NCBI RefSeq assembly: GCF_964213995.1
Contig: NC_135811.1
Span: forward strand, 99,820,001 to 99,884,000
Source of the DNA: Mustelus asterias
Taxonomy: Eukaryota
Length of the DNA stretch: 64,000 bases
Reading direction: 5' to 3'
How positions within the stretch are numbered: position 1 is the stretch's first letter; every line of letters starts with the position of its first letter. This document shows, in pieces, positions 25,488 through 37,633 of this stretch. The translations under genes were made by a program, and so were the position numbers. The notes under the pieces were generated by a model. It was not told the origin of the DNA. It searched no databases and worked only from the letters and a program-made list of their open reading frames with translations.

Positions 25488-26104
25488 CTAAGGAGCCTGA
25501 GTTGCTGTGACAACGTACAATTTGACGTGCATGCTGTAGCCTGGAGATATGAATAGTGCTGGTTGAGAGTCTGATTCTGTTACATCACATGACTGACCAG
25601 GAATCGTTCCTGTTCTTGCCACCTGCTGTTGGCGTGTGTTGCAAGCTGCTACTCAACTCACTTCGCCACCTTATGCCCGCTCCTTCCTAGGCCACCAAGG
25701 CCTGGAGTGGGCCTTGAACCCAGAGCTTGGAGGGAGGGCAGCTACCCACAACGCCACAAGACTTCTTCATTTGTCTATTAAATCGTACAAAATTAGCAAA
25801 ATAGCCACATCGATTGTAGTCAAGTAAAACCCTTATGTAGGTGGACTGAAATAGGATCTGTACAGGAAACAATAAGCGAGAGGCTAAACCAAGAAAAAAA
25901 AGAGATTTAGTGATTCTTTGTGGAACAGTCTTGAAATACTAAATGTACTGTCAGATTTGTATTTAGTCTTTGGAAACTTCTTCAATCTGGTATGCAGCTT
26001 TGTTTAGAAGGCTACACTTATCTTACCGTGTGTTACATTTATCAGTGACTTAAAATAAGAGCTGACTCATGTCCATTTGACTTGTACACAAGTGTTAATG
26101 ATAT

Positions 26105-26270
26105 CAAAAGAGAAAATGCTGGAAAATCTCAGCAGGTCAGCAGAGGGTCATCTGGACTTGAAACGTCAGCTCTTTTCTCTCCTTACAGATGCTGCCAAAC
26201 CTGCTGAGATTTTCCAGCATTTTCTCTTTTGGTTTCAAATTCCAGCATCTGCAGTAATTTGCTTTTATCC
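26105..26270. mobile_element. Second-family PLE-like end in fold-back arrangement
   Basis: Inverted arms 26105-26137 and 26199-26231; the loop holds half a hammerhead-like motif (gggtcatctggacttGAAACGTCA). Confidence 0.65.
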
Positions 26271-29125
26271 AGTATTAATGATGTATTTATAATGGGAGAT
26301 ACTGGGAAGGTTCTAGTAGGGTTTGTTGTGCACTTGGTGCTTCTGGTGACTTCTCCAACTCCACGTTCTTAACAAAATGTGCGGCGTCAGAACTGATTGA
26401 TCTGATTTCCTGTGTGTCCTAAAAACAGACCTGTATCAAGGATTGTATTTTTTCTAATGTTAGTTCCGCAGAAACTGCTTATTAGAGATCTGGGCATGAC
26501 TCGGGAGAACTGTTGTTATCTAGACAAGCTGTAATGGGGGCCACGTGCAACTTGTGGCAGCCACAAAGTCCAACTTCAGTGGGGTTGCCAGTTTGTGCTA
26601 CATGACCCTTGCAATGAGATTGGTGACACTAGCCCAGGCCCTGTATAATAACAAAACAATTTTGACAGTTACCTCATGTATGAACTTTTCAGAGGCAGAT
26701 TGCCACTATTCACTAAGTTTGATAACAGACAGGAGCAGGTGAGGGTTGAGTTTTCATGGCATAAGTTCTGAAATTTACAATGGCAACAACAAAAATGTAC
26801 TGAAAGCCTTTGCATCATTAATAGATGCAAGTGGCTTTATGGATTTTTATTTTATAAAGACTTGAGATTTGCAATCAGTTTACATGTTGGAAATTTCCAG
26901 ACCGTCTTTCCCATTTAGTAACCCTAACCAAAGGGATGTTAGAGCATTTGGGGGTGGAGTGCAGTGGGAAGCTAGGTCAAGCTTCAGATCCAGCCCAAGA
27001 TGGGGTGCAATGCTTTACCTTGTCAGTTTAGATCTTGTTCCTCTCTCTTGAGGGGACCATGAATTGGGTTCAATTTGAATTTGATTCGTGGGGCAAGCAA
27101 GGAATGAATTTGGGTTTACCCAGTCTATTCTGAGCATTGGCTTCGTAACTTTAAGGAAGGAGTAAAAAATTAAAAAACAAAGTTAGGAAGGAGGACATTC
27201 AAATTATCATTTATTTCATCCCAAGCCATGGTGGCTATATTGACCTCCTCAAATGCCATTTGCCATTCCATGGTTAAGAGGGTGCGAGACCTACCTGTAT
27301 TCAGTCCCAATGTATATATCACTCCATAACAGTTGATTGAAATTGTCCCTGGAATGACTTTATTCAACTGGTCCCAGATATTCAGACCAGATAACTTCAT
27401 ATAATTTCAGAGTGAAAATGTTTTTTGTTACAGTTTTCCTTGTATTGATGTGTATTATTTTACGACATTACAAGATGCCTGAAATGGCAAGAAATAATAT
27501 GACAATAACTTTAGACTCCTTTGGGCACAAAGACATACATTTTTTCCAGGCAGGGTTCCCAGCCCAAAGCTTCAATCGGGGAACAGATTTAAGAGCGGAA
27601 CTTGCAACTCCCAATTTTCCAGTGTGTAAGATTAACCACGAGGATAATCAAGAACATCATGGCGTGAGATGCAATGTATCAAAGATGTTAAATTGATATT
27701 TTTCCCCCTCCAAGCACAGGCTTGCCATCGTTTAGAAATTTTCCTGTTTTGTTAGCCAGAAATTTGATTGCGGTCAAACGTTTTTCATTGAAATTTCAAA
27801 GCTCATGGTTTCAGAGTCAGTGAGAACCATTTTTCAAACAATCAATATTTTTGTCAAATTCAGTTGGCTCAATTAGAATTTGACTCCTAAGCCTTTTTTA
27901 TATCGCTCTTTTCTCTTGCCAATTTTATCACCCAAGTTTGCTTGTTTGTTGACATTGACTCCTTCTTGGTGCTCTACTCCATAGCACCGAGTAATTATTC
28001 AGTACTTAACCTGAGTAGAATCATGGAATGGCCCCAGCACAGCAGGAGGTCAGATGGCCTGTTGTATCTGCCCCAGTTTGCTGCAAGAGTAATTCCCACT
28101 CCCCCATGCTAGGCCCTGATAAAGGTGGTGGTATGTAATGGAATGCTGTCCCTGATCTTCATCGCTCCATCATTAGTGGCTGGCCTTTAGAATATCCTCG
28201 CCAAATCTCTCCACCGCTCTACCTCTCCTTTAAGCCGTTCTTTAAAACCTATCACTTGAATCAAGGTTTTGATGATCTGCCCTAAAATATGTGTGGAGGG
28301 ATATTGTCCAAGTGCAGGTCAGTGGAACTAGGCAAAAAAATGGTTCGGCACAGACAAGAAGGGCCAAAAGGCCTGTTTCTGAGCTGTAATTTTCTATGGT
28401 TCTATCTCCTTATGTAACTCGGTTTCAAACTTTTGCTTGATAACGCTCCTATGAAGCGCCTTTGGAAGTTTTACTGCGTTAAATACGAATTGTTGTTATC
28501 CCAGGAAAAATAAGGTGATTTTATAAACTACAATGTTAAGCATGATCTTTTTTAATGAGTAGCATAATTCCCCAAACCGCACAGTTTTTGAACAAGATTG
28601 GATAGAAGAGAAAAGAACAGGAGCCAGCACTAAACTTGGGAGGGAAAAGGCAGTGAAGATCTACTTGAGTAAACGTTTCCACTATAACTCAGAGATTTCC
28701 AGCTGACTGCTTACAGTGATAAATTAACTGCCCTGTGTTACAAGTGCAGAGTTGGGTGACCTGTCATTCGGATTGACTTGGCCCTAGCTTTTGAGGTGTG
28801 TGATCTCAATCTTATTCACGCTGCCTAATGATTTCTGATATTTCCTATGGCATGTCGCAAGCCTTATTCGTGTCAGCTTGATGGTGAATGCCAGCGGTGT
28901 TCCAGATGCAAAGGGCTGTCAGAGTCAATCCTGCCAATGTCCATCCACATGTATTTCCAGTATAGTCACTGGAAAACTATCAGGAGTTGATGCCCTGATC
29001 AGTTTTCCTTTCACTTCAGTTACATATGTTTCAGAAAATATCCGGATGAGTTTGACAGATATGTAACCTATTCTAAAGTCCGTTACCACTTTTCACCTTG
29101 AGGTTCGCAGGAGCTTTCTAAGATG

Positions 29126-29445
29126 AGGGTGGCATGGTGGCACAGTCGTTAGCACTGCTGCCTCACAGCATCAGGGACCCGGGTTCGATGTCAACCCTTG
29201 GTTGATTGTGTGGAGTTGTGTCTACGTGGGTTTCCTCCCACAGCTCAAAGATGTGCAGGTTAGGTGGATTGGCCGTCCTAATTTGGCCCTCAGTATTTAA
29301 AGATGTGTAGGTTAGGTGGATTAGGCATGGTAAGTGTGGAGGATTGCGGAGGGGAGGGCCAGGGTGCGATGTTTTTTCAGAGAGTCAGTGCAGACTCGAT
29401 AGGCCAGATGGCATCTTTCTGCACTGTAGGGATTCTATGGTTCGA
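29126..29445 (+). mobile_element. V-SINE, tail A
   Basis: Head, partial V-domain, tail CTGCACTGTAGGGATTCTATG. Confidence 0.85.
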
Positions 29446-30026
29446 TGGGTTTTGTGGTCTTCACTTGGTATCTTGTTCCAGGATAAGAGTTAGCCTACGG
29501 TCATACAAAGGGCATGCAGCCCTTTTATGTTTCATTCCCCCTTCGAATATTTCCTTCATTTTTTTCCTCCTCTTGATGAGGTAATGTTCCATTTACAATG
29601 ATTCCTGCCTGATACTGTACCCAGGTAACCATTCTATACATGGAGCCCAAAACAGTGAACGTGGGTATGCTGTTTAACCATAGAGAGATTCACAGTTGAG
29701 CCTGATGTTGCCATACCTTGACATTCGCATCTAGATGCTATGCCATAAGAATGAGATTGGGAATGAGATTGCCACGGCGATTGAGATTGGGAACCTTGCT
29801 CGATTTTGCCCTCCCTTAACCCAGCCAGCCAAGGTCAATTGAAATGTGCTAATTACTACTCTGGCTGAGATCAGCTAACCAGGAGTTAAAGCTCAGACGT
29901 TCTCTTACCTTTTTTAATTGAACCATTTATGGAGTGATTTTTGTGGCTGCTAATGCAGTTTCAGATTTGTGCTGTGTTTGTCCATTTATGGCCAGTCCCA
30001 TATTTTCCTCCTGTGTTTTTGTGCAG

Positions 30027-30168
30027 GGCTTTTTCAGAAGAAGTATCCAAAAGAATATGGTGTACACATGCCACAGAGATAAGAACTGCATCATCAACAA
30101 AGTCACCCGAAATCGATGCCAGTACTGCCGGCTGCAGAAGTGCTTGGAAGTTGGCATGTCCAAGGAAT
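30027..30168 (+). CDS. rara: Retinoic acid receptor alpha, coding exon (second zinc finger)
   Basis: Acceptor tgtttttgtgcag|GGC and donor GAAT|gtaagt; 142 bp; phase 0 start matches the previous exon. Encodes [47 protein letters not shown](S). Confidence 0.96.
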
Positions 30169-30298
30169 GTAAGTCTCTGCATTACATCTGAATTGATGTG
30201 TATCACCTGAGCTTTTCTCAATTTAATATTTCATATTACGCCAGCCTGTACGTCAATGCCAAGATGGTGGAATGGACGGAACCAGCTCTACTTACAAC

Positions 30299-30601
30299 TG
30301 TTAGGAGTTTACCAGATTTTGAACACGTGAGGTGTGTTATTCACACCTTATTGCCCCCATACCCTCATCCCATTGCCCCACCACTGACTGCGACGTTTGA
30401 GCCCCTAGGTTTTAGTTCAGTAAAGGAGACACGAGTTCTGCTTCTTCATAAACTACCTTTATTTCTTTGACCCAACTTCACATACAATTCTCCCCCAACA
30501 CCCAGTGCCACCTGTAGTCCCTTTATATATCAGTGACTTCTAATGAATAATTGATATCAAATTAGGACTTAATTGGAAGGTCCGTTAACCCATTCCTAAC
30601 A
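30299..30601 (-). mobile_element. Probable solo LTR
   Basis: TGTTAGGA...TCCTAACA 8-bp terminal inverted repeat; TATA-like and AATAAA signals on the minus strand; no clear TSD. Confidence 0.55.
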
Positions 30602-31616
30602 AGCGATACAGCTGTCTAGACTCCATGCTCTGGAATTACTTTCTTAACTCTTCTGCCTCTCCATCTCCCTTTACTTTAATATCACCCACCTTAAAACTCA
30701 TCCCTTGTGGTCATCTCCTCCAATATCTCTTTCGGAATTCTTTATGTTAATGACATTAATTATGTTATGTTTTTCACGTCCTAAACCCAGGGACTGTAAA
30801 CCTAATCATAGTATTGCCACCGTGACTGAGATCGCCCATCCACACAGACTCTAAATCAAATCTGGGACTTCCTTAAACTGCATCAGTATCACACCATGTG
30901 GTTCATTACTTACTAATTCCATTCAAGGAGCTCCATTGTATTTCCTTCAAGGTGAAGTATCCACTTTAGTGGGATGGTTATAATGAAGATGTTGATGCAG
31001 TCAAGCTGGCCATGATGAGAATTCATTTTCGCTAAGAACTGTTAAGTTTCCATGAGACCAGAGGTGATCAATCCTCAGCAGTGAAAGTACACCCATACCT
31101 GCCCACAGCAATACATAGAAGCCCTCTTACCTTCATTTGTGCAACACTAATTTGTGACAGGTCGCAACATGTTGCTGAAAGAAATCCTAATAGATTTAGG
31201 CACTTTGAAGAGCAGCTTGCAGTCAGATTCTTGCTTAACTGAACCGTGACGGAAGTTAAATGAGTTCTGCCTAAAGAAGCCTAAAATGGTCTTACACATA
31301 TTGAACCTTGCCTACAAGCATTTTAGCATTTGTCAGAAATGTAAAGAAGCTAAATCGTTAGCTCCATCCATCATGAAGACATTTGACTTTTCGCCCAAGT
31401 GTCCAGTTTGGGAAGGAGGCTGAATATTTGCTTCCACCTCAATTTCTCCTGTCGTATGCGTACCCCCAGCCAATTCCCGGTGCCCTGACTGAGAATTATC
31501 TTTCATTCATAATCACCCGAAAAGATTGGCTGGTCAGTTGTCTCATTGCTGATGTGGGATGCTGCTGAGCACCGGTTAGATTAATTTCTGGATTTCTGGC
31601 CTTTTTGTGACTCCAG

Positions 31617-31729
31617 AGCCACAGCAAAGTGGTTGACTCTCAACTGCCCTCCAAGGGCAACTAGGGATGGGCAATAAATGCTGGCCCAGCCAGTGACACC
31701 CATGTCCCACAAATGAATAAAAGAAAAAA
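31617..31729 (+). mobile_element. Short retroposon 3' tail fragment
   Basis: Nearly identical to 41436-41545; the AAGGGCAA.TAGGGATGGGCAATA tail also occurs at 55130-55200 and at the end of the LINE at 60800-62115. Confidence 0.7.
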
Positions 31730-32254
31730 ATAGCAGTGACTACATTTCAAAAGAAATTCATCGAATTTGAGCCATTTTGGAACATCTTGAGGAGGTTGGG
31801 GTGCTACATAATAATTGAACTTTTTCATCCTTTACTCAAAAGTCATCAACTTTGGTAACCCAATGCCAGTGCAGTCCCTGGATTTTTGTGGGGCTTACAT
31901 TATGTGCCGTTCAAATCTTCTGACCTAGTTTTGGTAAATTAGTGCTTGAGAGTCATGAATTAAACAGAGATCATTTTCGACCTCATGTTTCCAGGCTTGC
32001 TAATATGCCGCATGACTTGAGTTCATTCTACTCTATTAAAACAAACAGCGGCTTTTAAAAAAAAATCTATAAAATTTATTTTGAAGTGCCCATTAGAACT
32101 GAGCTAACAGCACATTATGACATGCGGCACACGCACAAAAATAGCTGGCCTCCACTTTTGCCCTTGGGCTCCAAAGGGCTTACGTGGAAAGTTGATCCAG
32201 AGAGTAGTGTCAATACGGCAAGACAATGCGCACTGATTGGATCTAAACATGAAA

Positions 32255-32388
32255 GCCGGAATGTTACCTCCATTCACGCTGGAAGGATTTTCCCACCCTG
32301 ATGCGGTGAACAGAGATTTGGCTGGGTGCCAATTTCTCCGACTCGCTGCAGCAGGAGCGTGGCTTGAACGGCTGATAAGTATTTCACA
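32255..32388. mobile_element. ~135-bp MITE (copy 3)
   Basis: Similar to 7833-7967 and 17869-18002. Confidence 0.65.
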
Positions 32389-32399
32389 CAGTGGACATT

Positions 32400-32672
32400 T
32401 TAAAGTTAAAGTTTATTCATTAGTTGCAAGTAAGGCTTACATTAACACTGCAATGAAATTACTGTGAAATTCCCCTCGTCGTCATAGTCCGGCGCCTGTT
32501 CGGGTCAATGCACCTAACCAGCACGTCTTTCGGACTGTGGGAGGAAACCGGAGCATCCGGAGGAAACCCACGCAGACACGGGGAGAACGTGCAAACTCCA
32601 CACAGTCACCCAAGCCAGGAATCGAACCCGAGTCCCTGGCACTGTGAGACAGCAGTGCTAATCACTGTGCTA
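32400..32672 (-). mobile_element. V-SINE, tail B
   Basis: Reverse complement of the SINE. Confidence 0.88.
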
Positions 32673-32980
32673 GCGGGCTGCCCTCACATTACCACATTCA
32701 AGATGCTATATAAATGCAATGTTTAAGGAAAGCAGGGCTTAGTGAACAGTAGAAATCATAATTGCACAAATTGAAAAGTGTCACATTTTGAGAAACCTCT
32801 TGTGCTTTTTATGTATAGGAACTGGGAGACCCAATACGCTGTCAAGATTAATCCCACCTACCCAGTTTCTTGCTATTAACCCTCCCAAACGCTTCCCCGT
32901 GCACATATTTATTTGCCTCTTGCACTCCCTTGTGCTGTTGGTTTTCCGTGATAAACTGTTTCACATCCCTGTAGGTGTGA

Positions 32981-33090
32981 AGATGCAGAAATAAAAATAG
33001 AATATGCCAGAAATACTCAATAGCATCTGTCAGCCTCGACAGAGTGAGAAGGAACAGAGTTAACATTTCAGGTCAATGACCTTTTCATGG
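32981..33090 (-). mobile_element. Degenerate second-family PLE-like end with decayed hammerhead-like motif
   Basis: Minus strand atgaaa-AGGTCA-t-TGACCT-GAAA-tgTTA-actctg, followed by sequence like 26165-26255. Confidence 0.5.
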
Positions 33091-34111
33091 GTGCAAAGAT
33101 TCTTTCAGATTTCTTTTCTTACTCCTAACTTCCTCATTTCTAACTGGTGTCTTGCAGCCTTCGAACCCTTCATCATAATGAATGCTTTATTTGTAATGAC
33201 CTTTCACAAGCTTGAAAATTTCAATTGGGTCCTTCTGCCCAAAGAAAATAAGCCAAAATCTTTCAATGTCACGAATGGAATGGGTGTAGCAGGAGAACAT
33301 TTTTTTCTTAAGCAACAAAACATTTTCTATGTCAGAAGAAGGCACTGCAGCATTGTAGAAAGTCTGTGCTTTTAATTACTTGATATTCTGCAAGGATAAT
33401 GTTCGCAAATGCCTTTTGTGGTGATACCAGGGGTCCATGGAAGAAGAGCTAAAATAAGACAGGTCACCTAGGCACGGCAAGATATAAACGTGCGGCTGAT
33501 TAACTTGATGTGACATTTTGACTCAGTGTCAGAAATAATCAAGGAAACTGTCTAATGAATTCTAGGACAGCCTGCAAGAAGGCAAGGTAACCTTGCATCG
33601 CGAGCAATGTAGTCTTTGTCTGTACATGTTAGTATATGCATGTATGTTTGAATAACAGGATGAAAAAACATTACATTTTATTTGGCTACAAATCCAACAA
33701 AACCACGTTGTGATGAGATGTGGGAGTGCTCACTTTTTCTTTACACTGCTATTTGTTTCCATTTCATCTAATTTTCTTTACTCCCTGCCCTGAAGGCACA
33801 GACTCCTGCTGAATCGTTCTTTGAGTAAGAGGTCAGACAGCAAGTGTGGCAGACTATTTGATTACAGAAGGCATCAGAGTCAATTCCTCCTTCAACATCT
33901 CTCCGGCCGGGCCGGGGTCACGGACAGGAGTGGGAATCAGGCTTTCTGTTGCCTCACGCGAGGCAGTGGGGTCAATCATAGCACTCAATTTGTAGAGCAG
34001 CTCAGAACAGGAGTTAGACCGCTCCGACTTTGCGTTCTGTCAGGTTTGCACTTAGGATCGGAGTTGCAGTGTTACCCCTTTTTAAGATGTAGGATTAGCT
34101 TTAGGCTTCAT

Positions 34112-34807
34112 GTTGGGGTCCGGGTCCATAGGACTCTTCAATCGGCCTCGCAAGGAGAGGAAGTGGTTAAGAAGGCGTATGGTGTGCTGGCCTTCATCAA
34201 TCGAGGGATTGAGTTTAGGAGTCGGGAGATAATGATGCACCTTTATAAGACCCTCGTCAGACCCCACTTGGAGTACTGTGCTCAGTTCTGGTCGCCTCAT
34301 TACAGGAGGGATGTGGAAATGATTGAAAGGGTGCAGAGAAGATTTACAAGGATGTTGCCTGGATTGGTTGGCATGCCTTATGAGGATAGGCTGAGGGAGC
34401 TCGGTCTTTTCTCCTTGGAGAGAAGAAGGATGAGAGGTGACCTGATAGAGGTGTGCAAGATGTTGAGAGGTATGTCGGGTGGATTCTCGGAGGCTTTTTG
34501 CCAGTGCTGAAATGGCTGCTACGAGAGGACACAGGTTTAAGGTGCTGGGGAGTAGGTACAGAGGAGATGTCAGGGGTAAGCTTTTCACTCAGAGGGTGGT
34601 GGGTGAGTGGAATCGGCTGCCTTCAGTGGTGGTGGAGGCAAACTCGATAGGGTCTTTTAAGAGACTTCTGGGTGAGTACATTGGACTTAATAGGATTGAG
34701 GGTTATAGGTAAGCCTATATATAAGCCTAGGTAGGTCGGGACATGACCGGCGCCACTTGTGGGCCGAAGGGCCTGTTTGTGCTGTAGTTTTTCTGTGTTC
34801 TATGTTA
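34112..34807 (+). mobile_element. CR1 (HER1-like) LINE, 5'-truncated
   Basis: LYKTLVRPHLEYCAQFWSPHY...LGLFSLERRRMRGDLIEV...TRGHRFKV, then tail GGGCCGAAGGGCCTG...TTCTATG. Confidence 0.93.
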
Positions 34808-35422
34808 TGGAAACCACATACCTTCTCAGGCTGGATCTTAATTATTTTATAAAGTGATGATGACGGAAGCATCTGGCATTATGTTAAATTTATTTTTTAA
34901 CACAGCTTAAATAAAAAACAGGATTGAGCTTCTTTGTATCTCCGGGTGGGGTTTATGCTGGCTTCAGTGATCTTGGGTTAGGTGAAGCAGGTGCTGTAAT
35001 TGACCTTGCTATCCATGAGCCAAGGAAGGGTGGTTGTTATGAATTTGCATTTATTCCTATTGGCTCACTGGAGATATGCTGTGTTAATGTATGCACTGGA
35101 AACAATGTAATAGATCTAGCGCGGGAAACAGAGAGAGAAGTAGCAGCCATGGAAGACATCACACACCATTTATAATGCTCCGTTCGTTTCTAACCAAAGC
35201 CTGTCCCACGTATCGTCTCTCTAACACACAACAAAAACTGACGATGAGGACTATGGATGTGCGCTTACTAGCCACCTGCAAAGAAGAAATTAACCAAGGA
35301 AAAGGTGGGATGAAAAAGAAAACTTTTACACATGCTATAGAAGCTAACAAGGTTGGGTGGACATCGGTAAACAATACTCTGCAAGCAGGTTATAGGGCTG
35401 GCTGTGATAAATAAGAGGCTGA

Positions 35423-35598
35423 AGTCCAAAGATGTGCGGGTTAGGTGGATTGGCCATGCTAAATTGCCACTTAGTGTCAGAGGGATTAGCAGAGTAAATA
35501 TGTGGAGTTACGGGATAGGGACTGGGTGGGATTGTGGGTCAGTGCAGACTCGAAGGGCTGAATGGCCTCCTTCTGCACTTGTCAGGATTCTATGATTC
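35423..35598 (+). mobile_element. V-SINE 3' half, tail A
   Basis: Starts at AGTCCAAAGATGTGCGGG and ends GATTCTATGATTC. Confidence 0.85.
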
Positions 35599-35809
35599 TA
35601 AGTTTGAGTAGGTACCTGGTGTGTAAGAGCGTCAAGGTAGCTGCTGGAAAGACGGGTGCGAAGAAAACTCTGAGCAACCCTGTGGTCTCAGAAATGATGG
35701 ATATGATTTTACGAGGAAAGACTTCGGAACTAACGCCTAACCTGAACCCCTCCTACCCCAGGGGATTGGAGCTGTCAGTACAGTCAGAATACCTTCTATG
35801 AAGGTTCAG

Positions 35810-36312
35810 AGTGATCATTCCTCCACCATTGAGGATGTAGATGTTAGAGAAGCTACATGAGGGCCACTGCAGAGTCATACGCATGAAGGAAATAGCAAGA
35901 AGTTATTTCTGGAAATGGAAATTGAGAAGAAAGCTACCACCCGGCACCACTGTATCCATGGGAACGGCCTGAAGAGGCTTGGCAATGTGCCCATGTGGAT
36001 TTTGGAAGACCTTTCGAAGGACATATGTTCTTAGTAATGGTCAATGCTCAAGCCAAATGGCCAGAGGTTGTTGTGATGACATCTACCTTATCTGAGAAGA
36101 TAGGAGAAGTATTTAGTCACTTTATATTTTCTGAACAGCTGGTAGAAGACAACAGACCTCAATTTGTGTCTCAAGAATTTGAGAACTTGCTACAGGAAAA
36201 CGGTATTCAACACATTACTTCCACACCATATCATTCTGCTGCTAATGGGCTCACAGAAAGCTTCGTCAAAACCTTGAAAAACACTTTGAAAGCAGCCAAA
36301 GAACAAGATTGA
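35810..36312 (+). pseudogene. Gypsy integrase remnant
   Basis: LHEGHC..RMKEIARSYFW...HVDFGRPFEGHMFLVMVNAQAKWPEV...DNRPQFVSQEF...TPYHSAANGLTESFVKTLK. Confidence 0.88.
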
Positions 36313-36672
36313 CTTATCAAATATCTTAACAAATTCCTATTGGAATACCACACACTCCATGACCAAGACCACTCCTGCCTTACTCATGATAAAAAGGCCA
36401 GCCACATTCCACATTTCATCTTTTAAAACCTCTAAAAATGAGGAGATTGTGACATCAGCAGCAAGCTCAAGTGGAATTGCAGGAAACAAGGCAAAACACA
36501 GTGTTTTCCACCAAGGTCAAGGAGCTCTGGCTTGGAACCACTCCACGGGGGAGAAATAGCTGCCTGCCACCATTATTGCACAGACTGAACCTGTCTCTTA
36601 CACTGTCCAGAACAGAGATGACATGATCCAGAGGAGACTTGCAGACCAGTTATTGGTTGGAAGAACAGATCA

Positions 36673-37633
36673 GGTGTGACAACACTAATCACTCCCTTAA
36701 TGTCTACATAACGAAGGAGATTGTCATCGACTTCAGGAAGCGTATTGGAGAACGTGCCCCTGTCTGCATCAACGGGAACGAAGTAAAAATGGTTGAGAGC
36801 TTCAGGCTTTTAGGTGTCCAAATCACCAACAACCTGTCCTGGTCTCCACCATGCCGACACTATAGTTAAGAAAGCCCACTAACGCCTCTACTTTCTCAGA
36901 AGACTATGGAAATTTGGCATGTCAGCTACGACTCTCACCAACTTTTACTGATGCACCATAGAAAGCATTCTTTCTGGTTGTATCACAGCTTGGTATGGCT
37001 CCTGCTCTACTCAAGACCGCAAGAAACTACCAAAGGTCGTGAATGTAGCCCAATCCATCACGCAAACCAGCCCCCCATCCATTGACTCTGTCTACACTTC
37101 CCACTGCCTCAATAAAGCAGCCAGCATAATTAAGGGCCCCACACACCCCGGACATTCTCTCTTTCACTTTATTCCGTTGGGAAAAAGATACAAAAGTCTG
37201 AGGTCACGTAGCAACCGACTCAAGAACAGCTTCTTCCCTGCTGCCATCAGACTTTTGAATGGACCTACCTCACACTAAGTTGATCTTTCTCTACACCCTA
37301 GCTATGACTGTAACACTACATTCAGCATTCTCTCGTTTCCTTCTCTATGAATCATAGAATCATAGAAACCCTACAGTGCGGAAGGAGGCCATTCGGCCCA
37401 TCAAGTCTGCACCGACCACAATCCCACCCAGGCCCTACCCCCATATCCCTACATATTTACCCGCTAATCCCTCTAAACTACACATCTCAGGACTCTAAGG
37501 GGCAATTTTTAGCATGGCCAATCAACCTAACCCGCACATCTTTGGACCAGTGGTATGCTTTGCCTGTGTAGCGCGCAAGAAACAATACTTTTCACTGTAT
37601 CCTAATACATGTGACAATAATAAATCAAATCAA
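36673..37633 (+). mobile_element. Rex1/Babar-type LINE 3' fragment
   Basis: LNV..TKEIVIDFRK...VESFRLLGVQITNNLSW...RLYFLRRL..F...IESILSGCITAWYG...RLKNSFFPAAIRLLN; tail AATAATAAATCAAATCAAA. Confidence 0.85.
37350..37546 (-). mobile_element. V-SINE 3' half, tail A, nested in the Rex1 3' UTR
   Basis: Reverse complement of the SINE tail. Confidence 0.85.

Noticed and set aside
33070-33082. AGGTCA-a-TGACCT perfect IR1 (FXR-type element)
   Set aside because: It is better explained as stem II of a decayed PLE hammerhead-like motif on the - strand.
33821-34510. 229-aa ORF, and the 238/225-aa ORFs at 53666-55008
   Set aside because: These are truncated, frameshifted CR1 ORF2 pieces, not host genes.
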